Below are positions 12,678 to 24,069 of a stretch of 49,804 nucleotides of DNA, in pieces. Under the pieces are notes generated by a model that saw nothing but the letters and a program-made list of their open reading frames with translations, did not search any database and was not told the origin of the DNA. The translations under genes and the position numbers were made by a program. The DNA is from Octopus sinensis (taxonomy: Eukaryota): assembly GCF_006345805.1 (NCBI RefSeq), contig NW_021834355.1, positions 1 to 49,804 on the forward strand, given 5' to 3'. The number at the start of each line of letters is the position of its first letter. Within the stretch, counting starts at the first letter, position 1.

Positions 12678-12972
12678 TATCATCAACAACATCATCATCA
12701 TCTTCTTCCTCATCATCTTCATCATCATCACTTTTATTTTTAAAAACCTGTGTTACTTGAGAGAAGTTTCGTTTCTACGGTATCAACGTTTAAAGACACC
12801 GAACCGAACGCATTCAAGTTGAAAATATCTTCACGTAATAAACTTAATTGATGTATAATTTACTTAGACGCTCCATTTTCTTAATACTGATCATATTTAA
12901 TTTTGTGCAACGTGAGACAAAATGAGAGGACAACATCTTTTGAAATTGGGCATAAGCTATAAAATGATATAG

Positions 12973-13747
12973 TTTTACTTGTTTCATTCATCGGACTGCG
13001 GCCATGCTGGGGCACTACATTGAAAGTTTTGGTCGAACAAATTACCCGAGTAAAATTATATATATTTTTAAAGTCTGGTACTTATCATTTCGGCCTCCTG
13101 TACTGAAGAGCTACCTCGCAAGGAGATAAATAACCCAACACCGGTTGACAAGCAATGGTGAGAGGACATACACAAAGACAACAACACACACACACACACC
13201 ACACACGCACATCCATGTAGATGATAGAAAGACGCCGAGAGAGACAGACAGACACAAAATAGACAAATAGACAGACAGACAGACAGACAGATAGACAGAC
13301 AGACAGATAGACAGATAGATAGACAGATAGACAGATAGATAGATAGAAGATAGATAGATAGATAGGACGGATATCCTCACAGTTTCTGTCTACTAAATTT
13401 CCCCACAATGCATTGGTCGGCCCGGGGCCCATAGTTAAAGACATTTCTATTTCTTTAGTACCCACAAGGGGCTAAACACAGAGAGGACAAACAAGAACAG
13501 ACAAACGGTAACTGGTACTTATTTAATCGACCCCGAAAGGATGAAAGGGAAAGTCAACCTCGGCGGAATTTGAACTCAGAACATAAAGACAGACGAGATA
13601 TCGCTAAGCTTTTCGCCCGGTGTGCTAACGATTCTGCCAGCTCGCCGCCTTACCCATTGTAAAAGACATTTACCCAATGTGATGCGCAGTGGCGACTGAA
13701 CCTGAAACCGTACGGTTGCAAAACAGGCTTCTTAACCACACAGCCGT
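12973..13747 (-). mobile_element. SINE family B interrupted by a SINE A insertion
   Basis: Family B arms on both sides of 13447-13652; internal (GATA/GACA)n tract. Confidence 0.85.
13447..13652 (-). mobile_element. SINE family A nested in SINE B, ~19-bp target-site duplication
   Basis: CCCATAGTTAAAGACATTT (13428-13446) and CCCATTGTAAAAGACATTT (13653-13671). Confidence 0.85.
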
Positions 13748-13884
13748 GATAGTTTTAAAAATACTGGATGGCCACGACAGGATTGTCCTTTTTCATAAGT
13801 CCGTTCTCTCTGAACTGACCTGGGGCTTGACACCGAAGTCATCACCCCGATTTCACAATGGAAACTTTGATTAATTTTGTAGCA

Positions 13885-14180
13885 GTTGTTGTTGTTGATG
13901 CAACTCATGGTGGTGGTGGTATTGGTGGTGGTGGTGATGGTGGTGGTGCTGGTGGTGGCAGTGGTGCTGGTGGTGGTGGTGGTGGTGGCAGTAGTGGTGG
14001 TGGTGGTTGGTGGTGGCAGTGGTAGCGGTGGTGGCAGTAGTGGTGGTGGTGGTGGTGGTGGCAGTTGTGGTGGTGGCAGTGGTAGTGGTGGTGGTGGTGG
14101 CAGTGGTAGTGGTGGTGGCAGTAGTGGTGGTGGTGGTGGTGGTGGCAGTGGTAGTGGTGATGGCAGTGGTGGTGGTGAGG
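13885..14180. repeat. (GGT/GGC/AGT)n tract
   Basis: Direct inspection. Confidence 0.9.
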
Positions 14181-14199
14181 TGGAGGATGTTTTCTGTTG

Positions 14200-14410
14200 T
14201 CGTTTAGCCCAAGGCCAGCCTTGATTGAGCTAACATAGGATCAAAGTTCGCCCAATTTGTTTTAGTTCTGATTCGTTTTGGGTTTTTTTTTTCTTTAGGC
14301 ATTGCATATCTAAGACTACATTATCCAATGATTCCTGGATAATTTTGGTGGGGTGGCGAGATCTGACTTCTATTTCTAGCAATTTGAGTTACCACATTGC
14401 GCCGTTCTCA
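14200..14410 (+). mobile_element. Old dispersed repeat family C
   Basis: TTTAGCCCAAGGCCAGCC...GATCAAAG...GACTACATTATCCAATG...CTATTTCTAGCA; diverged relatives at 15680-15870 (+), 18078-18275 (-), 13745-13830 (-) and 35745-35895 (+). Confidence 0.55.
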
Positions 14411-14589
14411 AATTGCTGCTGGTGATGATGTCACGAAGCCGTGTCTTTAATTAAGTCTTCAAAACTTCATGTTTTTCTATGATGGAAGAGTTCCTTTGAC
14501 CTCGGCTCATGTGATATTTCTCAATATCGAAAAGATGGGCCGGGTGTGGGGGGAGCAAAGAACTTCACCTCCACACTCTCACAACAGGA

Positions 14590-15030
14590 AATACCACCAC
14601 TACTACAACTACTACTACTACTACTATTAATACTACTGTAGCTGCTACTATTTCTGCTGCTACCACTGCTACAACAACTACTACTACTATTACCACTACT
14701 ACCACTACTACCATTACTACTACTACTACCACTACTAACACCACTACTATTACTACAACTATTCTGCTGCTACCATTACTACTACTACGACTATTACTAC
14801 CACTAATAATACTACAATTGTTACTGCTGCTACTTCCACTACTTCCACTACTACTTCCACTACTACTGCTACTGCTACCACTACTACTACTAGTACTACA
14901 GCTACTGCTGCTGAAGCTACTTCTTCTGCTGCTGTTGCTGCTACTGCCACCACCAGTTACTAGTATTGCCACTACCGACACCACCACAATCACAGGCACC
15001 ACTACCGCTACTATTGCCAACACTACAGTC
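14590..15030. repeat. (CTA/CCA/CTG)n trinucleotide tract
   Basis: Direct inspection. Confidence 0.9.
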
Positions 15031-15125
15031 TCCTGAGTTGTGTGAAGTAACCGAAAATGAAAAGCATTGCTCAAGAACATAACCTGCTACCAGGTTCAGG
15101 AATCGAACGAACGACCTCGTGATTA

Positions 15126-15592
15126 GGGTGCAGACATGGTTGTGTGGTAAGGAGTTTGCTTCCCAACCGCATGGTTCCGAGTTCAGTCCCACTGCGTGTC
15201 ACTTTTGGCGATTGCCTTCTTTCCTCTACGATAAATCCTTGTGACTTGATTTGGCAGAAGGAAGCTAAAAGTCCGTCGCTTCTCTTTGTGTGTGTGTATG
15301 TTTGTTCGAGTGTGTATGTGTGTGTGCGTGCGTGTGCGTTTGCACGTGTGTGTTTCTGTCTGTGTGTGTGTTTGTGTCTGTGTTTGTCGCCCACCGCCGT
15401 TGGAAACCAATGTTTGGTTGTTTACGTCCCCGTAACTTAATCGTTCGGCAAAAGGGTTGAATAGAATAAGCACCAGGTTTTTTTAAAAAACCATAAGTTC
15501 TGGGGTCGATTCATTCGACAAAAAATTCTCCAAGGCGATGCCCCAGCATGGCCGCAATCAAATGACCGAAAAAAGCATAAAAGATAAAAGAA
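15126..15592 (+). mobile_element. SINE family B inserted into an older minus-strand family D copy
   Basis: Family B arms; family D sequence at 15035-15125 resumes at about 15593-15625. Confidence 0.8.
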
Positions 15593-16905
15593 GAGCCGAT
15601 CATCTCAACCACTTCGCCATGCCCCTTTATTGAGATACCTATTCGTAGCTAAAAGAATATGGGTGTTGTTGGTCTTGTGGTTATATAGCTCCTTGTCAGC
15701 CCTCATTAAACAAACCTATGCACAAAGGCGTTTCAGCCCTGACCATCTCTCATTTTATCTGCTGTAGTCTTCATATGATTGCATTCCTATTTTGAAACAA
15801 CTGGATGTTAAATGAAGAAGATTTACCTGCTATTTCTTGCAGGGAGCCACTACGTTGAAGCTCCCTATTTGGCTCATGAACGCGGGCATTTGAGAGGTAA
15901 ATATCTCAGTCCTGGCACCAAGTTGTATCTTTGGCAATGCACGAATTGTCAACTATTTGTGTGTACAGGCTTTATGTTGGATAATCTGACCCTTACATAA
16001 ACCCTAACTTTCAATTCCGATCCATTTCCCTTTCAATCTTTTCTGATCCCTTTTAATATTACCAGTCCTTTCTGACCTACCTATAAATTGTCCGTTCTGT
16101 TTTTCTACTTTCACTTTCTCTTTCAACCTCTCTCACTGTTCTTGTCTCTCCTCTTCACTAAATCTCTACCCATTCATAACACACAAACCCATCCCAAACA
16201 ATACCTAATCCTTTCTTTTTATAGACAATTCCATTCCACAAATGTGAAATGTCTTTTCCCGCTCTTTCTATACACTGTCGTCTGCTTTAGCACGCGCTGC
16301 CATATAACCTCTTTACACTATTCTACTTTTTACTTAACTCATATTTTTCCATTATCTTTTTCCTTATCATGCAATTCGCCTTGGTTCATTTTGCTTTTAT
16401 TTGTTTTTATTTAGTTACTGCTATTGCTATTTTTGTTGCTATTCTTGGGTAACATTGCTGCTGCTGCCACTGCTGCTGCCACTGCTGCTGCCACTGCTGC
16501 TGTTGTTGTTGCTACTGCTGCTGCTTCTGCTATTGCTGCTGTTGTTGTTACTATCGACCACATTTCTCTTGATTCCCTTCAAGTTTGTATTTATTTCTGG
16601 TGTTGTTTTGCCTTCTTATTATATTTTTAGCTCTGATAATCTTCTATATAGCTTCTCCCCAAGCCCGCCGCCATATTTCCACATATTTCCTTCTTAAATT
16701 ACCTTTTCTGTACCAAAACAAACACTTGGGCGAATAATAACGTTTTCTAACTATAGCAGCAAAAGGCCTCGGATGTGGAATAAACGGGTAAAGAAGATTA
16801 GATTGAAGCCCATTACATAACTGGTATCTATTTTCTAAGGAAGAAGGAAACACAATGTCGAGGCCGACCAAAATGGAACTCTGAATGCAAAGTGAGGTAA
16901 ATATA

Positions 16906-17138
16906 TATTTCTTTATTCCCCACAAGGGGCTAAACATAGAGAGGACAAACAAGGACAGACAAACGGATTAAGTCGATTACATCGGCTCCAGTGTGTAACT
17001 GGTACTTAATGTATCGACCCCGAAAGGATGAAAGGCAAAGTCGACCTCGGCAGAATTTGAACTCAGAACGTAACGGCAGACGAAATACGGCTACGCATTC
17101 CGCTCGGCGTGCTAACGGTTCTGCCAGCTCGCCGCCTA
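16906..17138 (-). mobile_element. Young SINE family A with perfect 17-bp TSD
   Basis: AAAGTGAGGTAAATATA at 16889-16905 and 17139-17155; the flanks look like a decayed older A-type copy. Confidence 0.92.
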
Positions 17139-17694
17139 AAAGTGAGGTAAATATAGAATCGGCAAAGCATTTAATCCGGCAGATTTCTGATTCTGCGGTT
17201 TAAAGCAGTTTTTCATAAACAATAATAATTTGTATTGCAGAAAGCTACATATTATTGAGGAGGGATTTGGTCTTTGTAGCCAACTTCAGGTTTTTCAATA
17301 TTAAGCCTCCTCCTACTGAGTGTGTCACAGCTTTAAAATAAATGAAGTGCAACCATTCGACGGTCATCAGGCCATGAAACACAACATCAAGAAGCAATGC
17401 AGGATGGAAGACAACTGTTAAAAATGGATTCCAGGGCAAATTGCCTCTTTTCGTGATATCCTGAATTACAGCCAACAACACACACTCGCTCACACACAGG
17501 TTTTTCTATGTTAAGAGGAGGTCGAAGTGTGAATTCAGAACCTGTAGAGACACAGCGGCATCTGATCTTTGTAACATATTGCAATAAGGTGTTCGCCTGA
17601 TGAACAGTTGATGTTCAGCATCCAATTGCACTCCGAACATCCAATGCAGGGCATGAAAATACCCAGAATGGAAAAACGTAATTGGTATCTAGAA

Positions 17695-17849
17695 CAGCGC
17701 TTCTTAAACCATTTTTCATCATGAGATTTTCCACGACCCCAGGTATTAAATATGCGTTTGTGAAATAACATATAGACTGAAATTCAAGTGTTTGAATTTA
17801 ATTTTCGCGACCCTATTTGGGGTCGCGATCCATAGTTTAAGAAGATGCT
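17695..17849. mobile_element. Small hAT (Charlie-like) non-autonomous relic
   Basis: Left end CAGCGCTTCTTAAAC, right end ...GGGGTCGCGATCCATAGTTTAAGAAG, preceded by TCTAGAA. Confidence 0.5.
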
Positions 17850-18824
17850 CAGATCCCTTTAATAGTTGATCAGTTCGGTAAACAGAACGTGCATCTTTAC
17901 ATGAAATAAAACAATTTTCCTCTTTGTTTACATTCTTCAAATAAAGAATTGTTCTACTTCGTCCAATCCATTTTCAGGTGGACTTATGTCACATAAGCTA
18001 TTATTTAAGAATTCAGCTATTTTGGTGAGGAAACATTGGCACATTTCGTTTTTTCAACCAGTAACTTTCTGAGCCAACGAGGAAGCCTCTATGTATTCCC
18101 TCGACCTACTAGAAGTAGTAGCTAAATCCTCTCCAAATCACGCCCTATTGCCTGAAAAAAAACTAAAGAACATGTTAGATAGCGTAATCCTAGATACCCC
18201 TAAAATGACAGGATGGGCACGGCTGGAATACGTTTGGTCATTCAACTGCATATTCATGATCAACCTGGCGATTAACATCAACATCATCATCATCATCATC
18301 ATTAACAACAACAACAACAACCAGCAACTTTGCTTTCTATAAACTCCAAAAACTTTCCAATTGGTTATTTTTTTTTAAACCGGTTTTAGCCGGTTCTCTT
18401 TTATAGATTGGTTTTGTTGATAATACATTCAATTGTTTACGTTATTTCGAAACGTTTCTAACAACGATTTAAATATCTATTCCCCCGCCACCTACACGCA
18501 CCAATCACCGCTGTCACTGTCTTTTTGTTTTCTTGATTTACTTCCAATAATCTTTAAATTCCTCAGAATTATGTCTGATTTAATCAATCTTTAAGTCGCC
18601 ATTTAGTTTTAAATAAAATCGTTTTGCTTCAGTCGCATAGAGAATTGTATGTTTTGGTCTCTCGCGGGTTTATCTCTGTTGAAGATTCTTCAGTTTAATG
18701 GTTCGGTCATAGATGTTTCTACCGTACCATTTCAGTCAATACTGGAACTATTTTATATTACACAGTTTCAATGTTTACAGCAACGAATATTTTAATATCT
18801 TTACAATACACTTTCCATCTTTTC

Positions 18825-18950
18825 AAGTTCGAGTTGTACAAAGCATAAACTGGCGTCAATGTATTACTAATGACAATTTATACGGAAACTTACCTAAGAT
18901 AACAAATGCTCAAAAACTTCTACGATTTGCAAGCCAGCAATTCTGGAGAA
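18825..18950 (+). pseudogene. RTE-type LINE C-terminal fragment
   Basis: RVVQSINWRQCITNDNLYGNLPKIT...LLRFA...WR resembles the RTE motif RxLxIxWxxxxTNxELY...RLRFAGHxWR. Confidence 0.55.
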
Positions 18951-19460
18951 GGAAAAGTCGATTAGATCGACCCCAATGTTCAACCGGTACTTATTATATC
19001 TCAAAAGTCGACCTGAGGACATAAGGGCGGACGAAATACCTGTTTCTTTACTATCCACAAGGGGTTAAACACAGAGGGGACAAACAATGACAGACAAACG
19101 GATTAAGTCGACTATATCGACCCCAGTGCGTAACTGGTACATAATTTATCGACCCCGAAAGGATGAAAGGCAAAGTCGACCTCAGGAAAATTTGAACTCA
19201 GAACGTAACGGCAAACGAAATACATATTTCTTTACTACCTATACCTACAGGGGGTTAAACACAGAGGGGACAAACAATGACAGACAAACGGATTAAGTCG
19301 ATTATATCGACCCCAGTGCGTAACTGGCACTTATTTAATCGACCCCGAAAGGATGAAAGGCAAAGTCGACCTCAGCGGAATTTGAACTAAGAACGTAACG
19401 GCGGACGAAATACCGCTAAGCATTTTGTCCGGCGTGCTAACGATTTTGTCAACTCGCCGC
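18945..19460 (-). mobile_element. SINE family A tandem multimer
   Basis: One head at 19460 followed by repeated body+tail units (19222-19410 and 19030-19221) and a partial third unit. Confidence 0.88.
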
Positions 19461-19824
19461 ATTTGCCGTCACATCAATATTATCCAATTGTGACCTCCTC
19501 TTACTGTTTGTATCTCAGTTTTAAAATAAATGAAGCGTAACCATTCGACTAAAAGGATTGGCTAAGAGATGGTCATCAGGCCATTAAACACAACATCAAG
19601 AAGCAATCCAGGATGGAAGACAACTGTTGAAAATGGATTCCAGGGCATCTACACAAACATCGTACACATATACAAATAAAAATACAATCTTTAATCTATT
19701 TGCAAACGTCCTATTATCCACAAACACGGACACACACACACACACACACACACACATTCATTTTCAATCTCTCAATCTCTTTTCTTTCTCTCTGTTTCTC
19801 TTTCTCACTATCGATGTAGTATGT

Positions 19825-19878
19825 ATAGACAGACAGGCATGCAGGCAGACAGACAGACAGACAGATAGATAGATAGAC

Positions 19879-19963
<85 letters not shown>

Positions 19964-20113
19964 TATACGTTTCTTTATTGGCCACACAGAGCTGCACACA
20001 GATGGGACAAGTTACAAGGTAGAGCTTTTCTTTTGGGGGATGAAAAAAACAAAAAACAAAAGAAACAAAAAAAGGGGGTGGCGTAGGTTTTCGATCAATA
20101 GATAGATAGATAT

Positions 20114-20170
<57 letters not shown>

Positions 20171-20180
20171 CAGATAGATG

Positions 20181-20264
<84 letters not shown>

Positions 20265-20265
20265 T
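19825..20265. repeat. (GATA)n microsatellite split by LINE 3' ends
   Basis: Direct inspection. Confidence 0.95.
19968..20098 (-). mobile_element. Short 5'-truncated 3' end of the Tx1-like LINE family
   Basis: Matches 20266-20375 (GTTTCTTTATTRGCCACACAGRGCTGCACACAGAT...ACAAGGTAGAGCTTTTCTTTTG) with substitutions. Confidence 0.85.
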
Positions 20266-21332
20266 GTTTCTTTATTAGCCACACAGGGCTGCACACAGAT
20301 AGAACAAATTACAAGGTAGAGCTTTTCTTTTGAAGGTTTAAAAAAAAAAAAAAGGAAGGGGGAGTTCGATCAAAAGGGATCGTAAAAGGAGAGAAGAGAC
20401 AAAAAAAGGGGGGTTAAAAAAAGGGGGAGAAGAAAAAAAAATTGATCAATAGGGATCGTTATCACAGAAATGTCAATATGAAGTGTAAAGGGGAGGACAG
20501 GTGAGGTTTACCCGTGGAAAGAAAAGCCTACGGAAAAGACCACGGTAACCTCGGTCAATGGTCACATGTTATATTTCTTTTTTTTTTTTTTTTTTTTTGC
20601 GAATAAGCAACTCTCTGTTTTCAATTTATGGGTTCATAGGATCATGCTCAAGGTTGCTTCGTCATTCATACGTGCCATTCTTGCTACATTCACCCATCTT
20701 TTTTTAAACATTCGCTAGACAAAACTTGCCTCTCTACTCTCACTTTCCTTTTCAAGTGGTACTTGAAGAAGTGATGAGAGATTGACCAGAGAGGAAAGTG
20801 TTTGTCTCCAATCCTTTCAGACGCGTCCCCAGATACATTCTTTCGCCATAGCCACAAGGATGATAAAAATAGCTCTTCCTTCCCGTTTGAAGGAAGGAGG
20901 CGTGACAATATTGACGATAGACTCAGCTGATAAACCGACTCGTCCCACACGTGACAGCAGTTGTTCGACATAAGCCCACAGGTCGGAATTGTTGGACACT
21001 GCACGAGTGCGTGCAGAACGGTTTCGTCGCTCTGACCGCATCTCGGGCAGGTCGGCCCCGTGTTTCTCGAGCCGTGTCTGTAGAGCTTATCCCGAACGGG
21101 TAGCGCTTCTCGGTAGCACTGCCAGGCCAGGGATCTCTGGAAGTTGTCCATGGGCCCTGGCCCGAAAGTCGTCCTGAACAGGCGGGTCAGGTACTCTTCG
21201 TCGACGTCCAGGTTCGCCCCGAGCTCGTCGTCGTACCTCCCCTCCACTAAACCCCTATAGAATGCTTTGGTTGTATTGAAGTCACTCAAGGTCGACCCAG
21301 GACGGCAGAGTTGCTTGAGAGCAACGCGACAC
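20266..21332 (-). mobile_element. 5'-truncated Tx1/L1-group non-LTR retrotransposon (ORF2 C-terminus and 3' UTR), frameshifted
   Basis: WQCYREALPVRDKL...CPRCGQSDETVLHALVQCP is a zf-RVT/CCHC motif; AKECIW in a second frame; 3' end AATAAAGAAAC then (TATC)n. Confidence 0.85.
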
Positions 21333-21360
21333 TAGATAGATAGATAGATAGTTTCTGTGT

Positions 21361-21400
21361 TCCTCTCTGTTGAAGAGCGTAGGCTCGAAACGTAAAAGAC
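21361..21400 (+). ncRNA. Variant minimal hammerhead-like motif (Penelope terminal repeat type)
   Basis: CTGTTGA-AGAGCGTAGGCTC-GAAA-CG-TA: stem II GAGC/GCTC, palindromic ACGT, non-canonical core. Confidence 0.4.
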
Positions 21401-21675
21401 TCAATCACTTCCCCGAGTGTTAAACTTAATACATATGTTTGTTGTTTACACGCCCGTCTACGTTTTTTGTTGATGTTGAAATTTCAGTGAAGGATCTAGG
21501 TTAGAAACTGGTTCTTTCTCAATTAGCAAGAAATATTGAAGTAAAACTGAACAATTATAAATAGATATACATAGATACATACATACATACATAAATACAT
21601 ACATACATACATACATACATACATACATACATACATACAAATCCAGTATCCAGTTAACACTTTCGGCTCCATAGC

Positions 21676-21712
21676 TATTATTGTTATTATATTATTATTA
21701 TTATTATTATTA

Positions 21713-21758
<46 letters not shown>

Positions 21759-22341
21759 CATTATTATTATTGAGTGAGAGAGCAGTTCATGCCATCAAAG
21801 TGACACTGGGGTAAAATATACGAAGCCCAATATACCCATCATGACTACCCGTCTGATAAGGGTACACCAGGCACATACATCACAACCATATGTGCGCGAC
21901 ATAGTGATCTCATATCAAGATAAACAGCACATGACCTTGCAGGTGGGGCCCAGTTAGAATTTTCTTCTGATCGAGTAACCCATCTTGCTCAAAAGGTCCC
22001 TGAATAAGGGTTGTTTAAGGATGTTGAACGAAACACCCATGTTTCCAGAGGTGAATTATTCAAACCCCAAAGAATCCCTCTCAACACATGGCTATGATGC
22101 TCCCCCACTACTTCTGCTCGTGATCAGAGATGCACATATCGTCAGCCACTAAGGAACATGGTCAACTGGTTAAGGTCAAACAATTGACAAGCAAATCTGT
22201 GGTATTGAGCAGAATATTTGCTGTAGCCCATCTTTTATATCGAGACAAAACAACGTACATGATAACACTTCCAATCAATTAAGATCAGAAGCCATGGGAG
22301 CCACTGCCTGGTACTGCTTATTATTATCATTATTATTATTA

Positions 22342-22423
<82 letters not shown>
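21676..22423. repeat. (TTA)n microsatellite split by a retroposon
   Basis: (TTA)n at 21676-21771 and 22318-22423. Confidence 0.95.
21771..22317 (-). mobile_element. ~550-bp retroposon inserted in (TAA)n (second copy of 41-559)
   Basis: Full-length match to 41-559; (TTA)n on both sides. Confidence 0.85.
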
Positions 22424-22424
<1 letters not shown>

Positions 22425-22707
22425 GGATACCTGGATACATGCCAATCAGTCTGGAATAAAGTATGGCTGAATTTGGGACGTTGGGGAGAGCATGCAAATC
22501 CTTAATTCATACACTACAAATGATCCTGATCTGAGGGACCGTAAAGATCTGCAAGGATTTTCTTCACAACTTTGCTACCATGTAGTAGAGGCCGGTCGGA
22601 ATTTACTCTTAAATAAAAAGACAAAAAGAACATACATACATACATACATATATATATATATGTATATATATATATAATATATATCTATATATATAATATA
22701 TATTATA

Positions 22708-22775
<68 letters not shown>

Positions 22776-23553
22776 AGTGTGTGCGTGTGTGTATGTATAT
22801 ATGTGTGTGTGTCCATCTTGTATTCTCGGCTGTATAATAACAGGGACAGTGGGCAGACTGATATGAGACTACATTCAATACTTTACTCCTTGATAGATGA
22901 GGCTATTTATTAAATTAAACAGCGTTCTTAACTGAAATTTACTTAAATTAATTATGATACTATGCTAAATAACAACCAGTATGACCTCATCGATCAATCA
23001 CACAGTGTATCTGTGTATGTATGTATGTAAATATATATACATAAATACATAAATACATACATATATATATATGCATGTATTCATGTATATATATATATAT
23101 ATATATATATGCATATAAGTATATAAATGTATATGAATGCGTGTGTATATATACATACATGTGTATATAAATGTATATGTGCATATATACATACATGTAG
23201 AGAGAGAAAGCCAGGCAGATATATATAGGTAGAGTAGACAGACACATAGATAGACAGATAGATAGAGAGAGAGAGAGAGAAAGAGAGTATGTGTGTGTGC
23301 GTGTGTATGTGTGTGTGTGTGTGCGTGTGTGTGTATGTGTGTGTGTGTGAGAGAGAGAGAGCGTGTGTGTGCGTGTGTGTGTGTTAGAGAGAGATAGGTT
23401 GACAGGTATGAAATATCAATCACAAGGAATTGCTGAAAACGAGGCTATAACGCCGGACACATGAAAAAGCACTCAATTGCATCGGACCCAGAATGACTAT
23501 CTATCTATATATATATCTTTCTATCTATATATCTATCTATCTATCTCTATCTC

Positions 23554-23591
<38 letters not shown>

Positions 23592-23817
23592 ATCTATCTA
23601 TCTATCTATCTACATCTGGCTATATATATATATAATATATATATAATAATAAATATTAGGGAATATATCCAAATTTAAAGGGAAAAAAAAATCGATTTAG
23701 GATAAATCCAATTTTATAGTAAATATTATAAAAATTATTTGAGACAAAACCACTATTTGCAAAACAAACAGGAAAGACTTAATCATACATAAAATTTAAT
23801 AAATAGTCAAAAAACCG

Positions 23818-23855
23818 CCACTACATCGTTTCTTGTCGATCGACTCTTCAGGTGG
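23818..23855 (-). ncRNA. Minimal type I hammerhead ribozyme motif
   Basis: Minus strand reads CCAC-CTGAAGA-GTCGATCGAC-AA-GAAA-CGATG-TA-GTGG. Confidence 0.55.
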
Positions 23856-23896
23856 ACTTCCAATATTCAGTTACAATTAAACTGAATTATGGAAGT

Positions 23897-23938
23897 CCAC
23901 CTGAAGATGTCGATCAAGACAAGAAACGATTGTAGTGG
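23897..23938 (+). ncRNA. Minimal type I hammerhead ribozyme motif
   Basis: CCAC-CTGAAGA-TGTC-gatcaa-GACA-A-GAAA-CGATTG-TA-GTGG: stem I CCAC/GTGG, stem II TGTC/GACA, near-palindromic stem III, GUA triplet. Confidence 0.7.
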
Positions 23939-24020
23939 CGGTTTTTTTGACTATTTATTAAATTTTATGTATTGATTAAGTCTTTCCTGTTTGTTTTGCA
24001 AAGTGGTTTTTTCTCAAATA

Positions 24021-24066
<46 letters not shown>

Positions 24067-24069
<3 letters not shown>

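Larger units (their letters stand above)
23727..24030. repeat. ~300-bp imperfect palindrome (inverted Penelope-type terminal repeats)
   Basis: 23727-23872 is the reverse complement of 23880-24030 with small indels. Confidence 0.9.

Noticed and set aside
19030-19460. Repeated palindromic GTCGA..TCGAC units as a CRISPR-like array
   Set aside because: Tandem SINE bodies; no unique spacers, no cas genes, eukaryotic context
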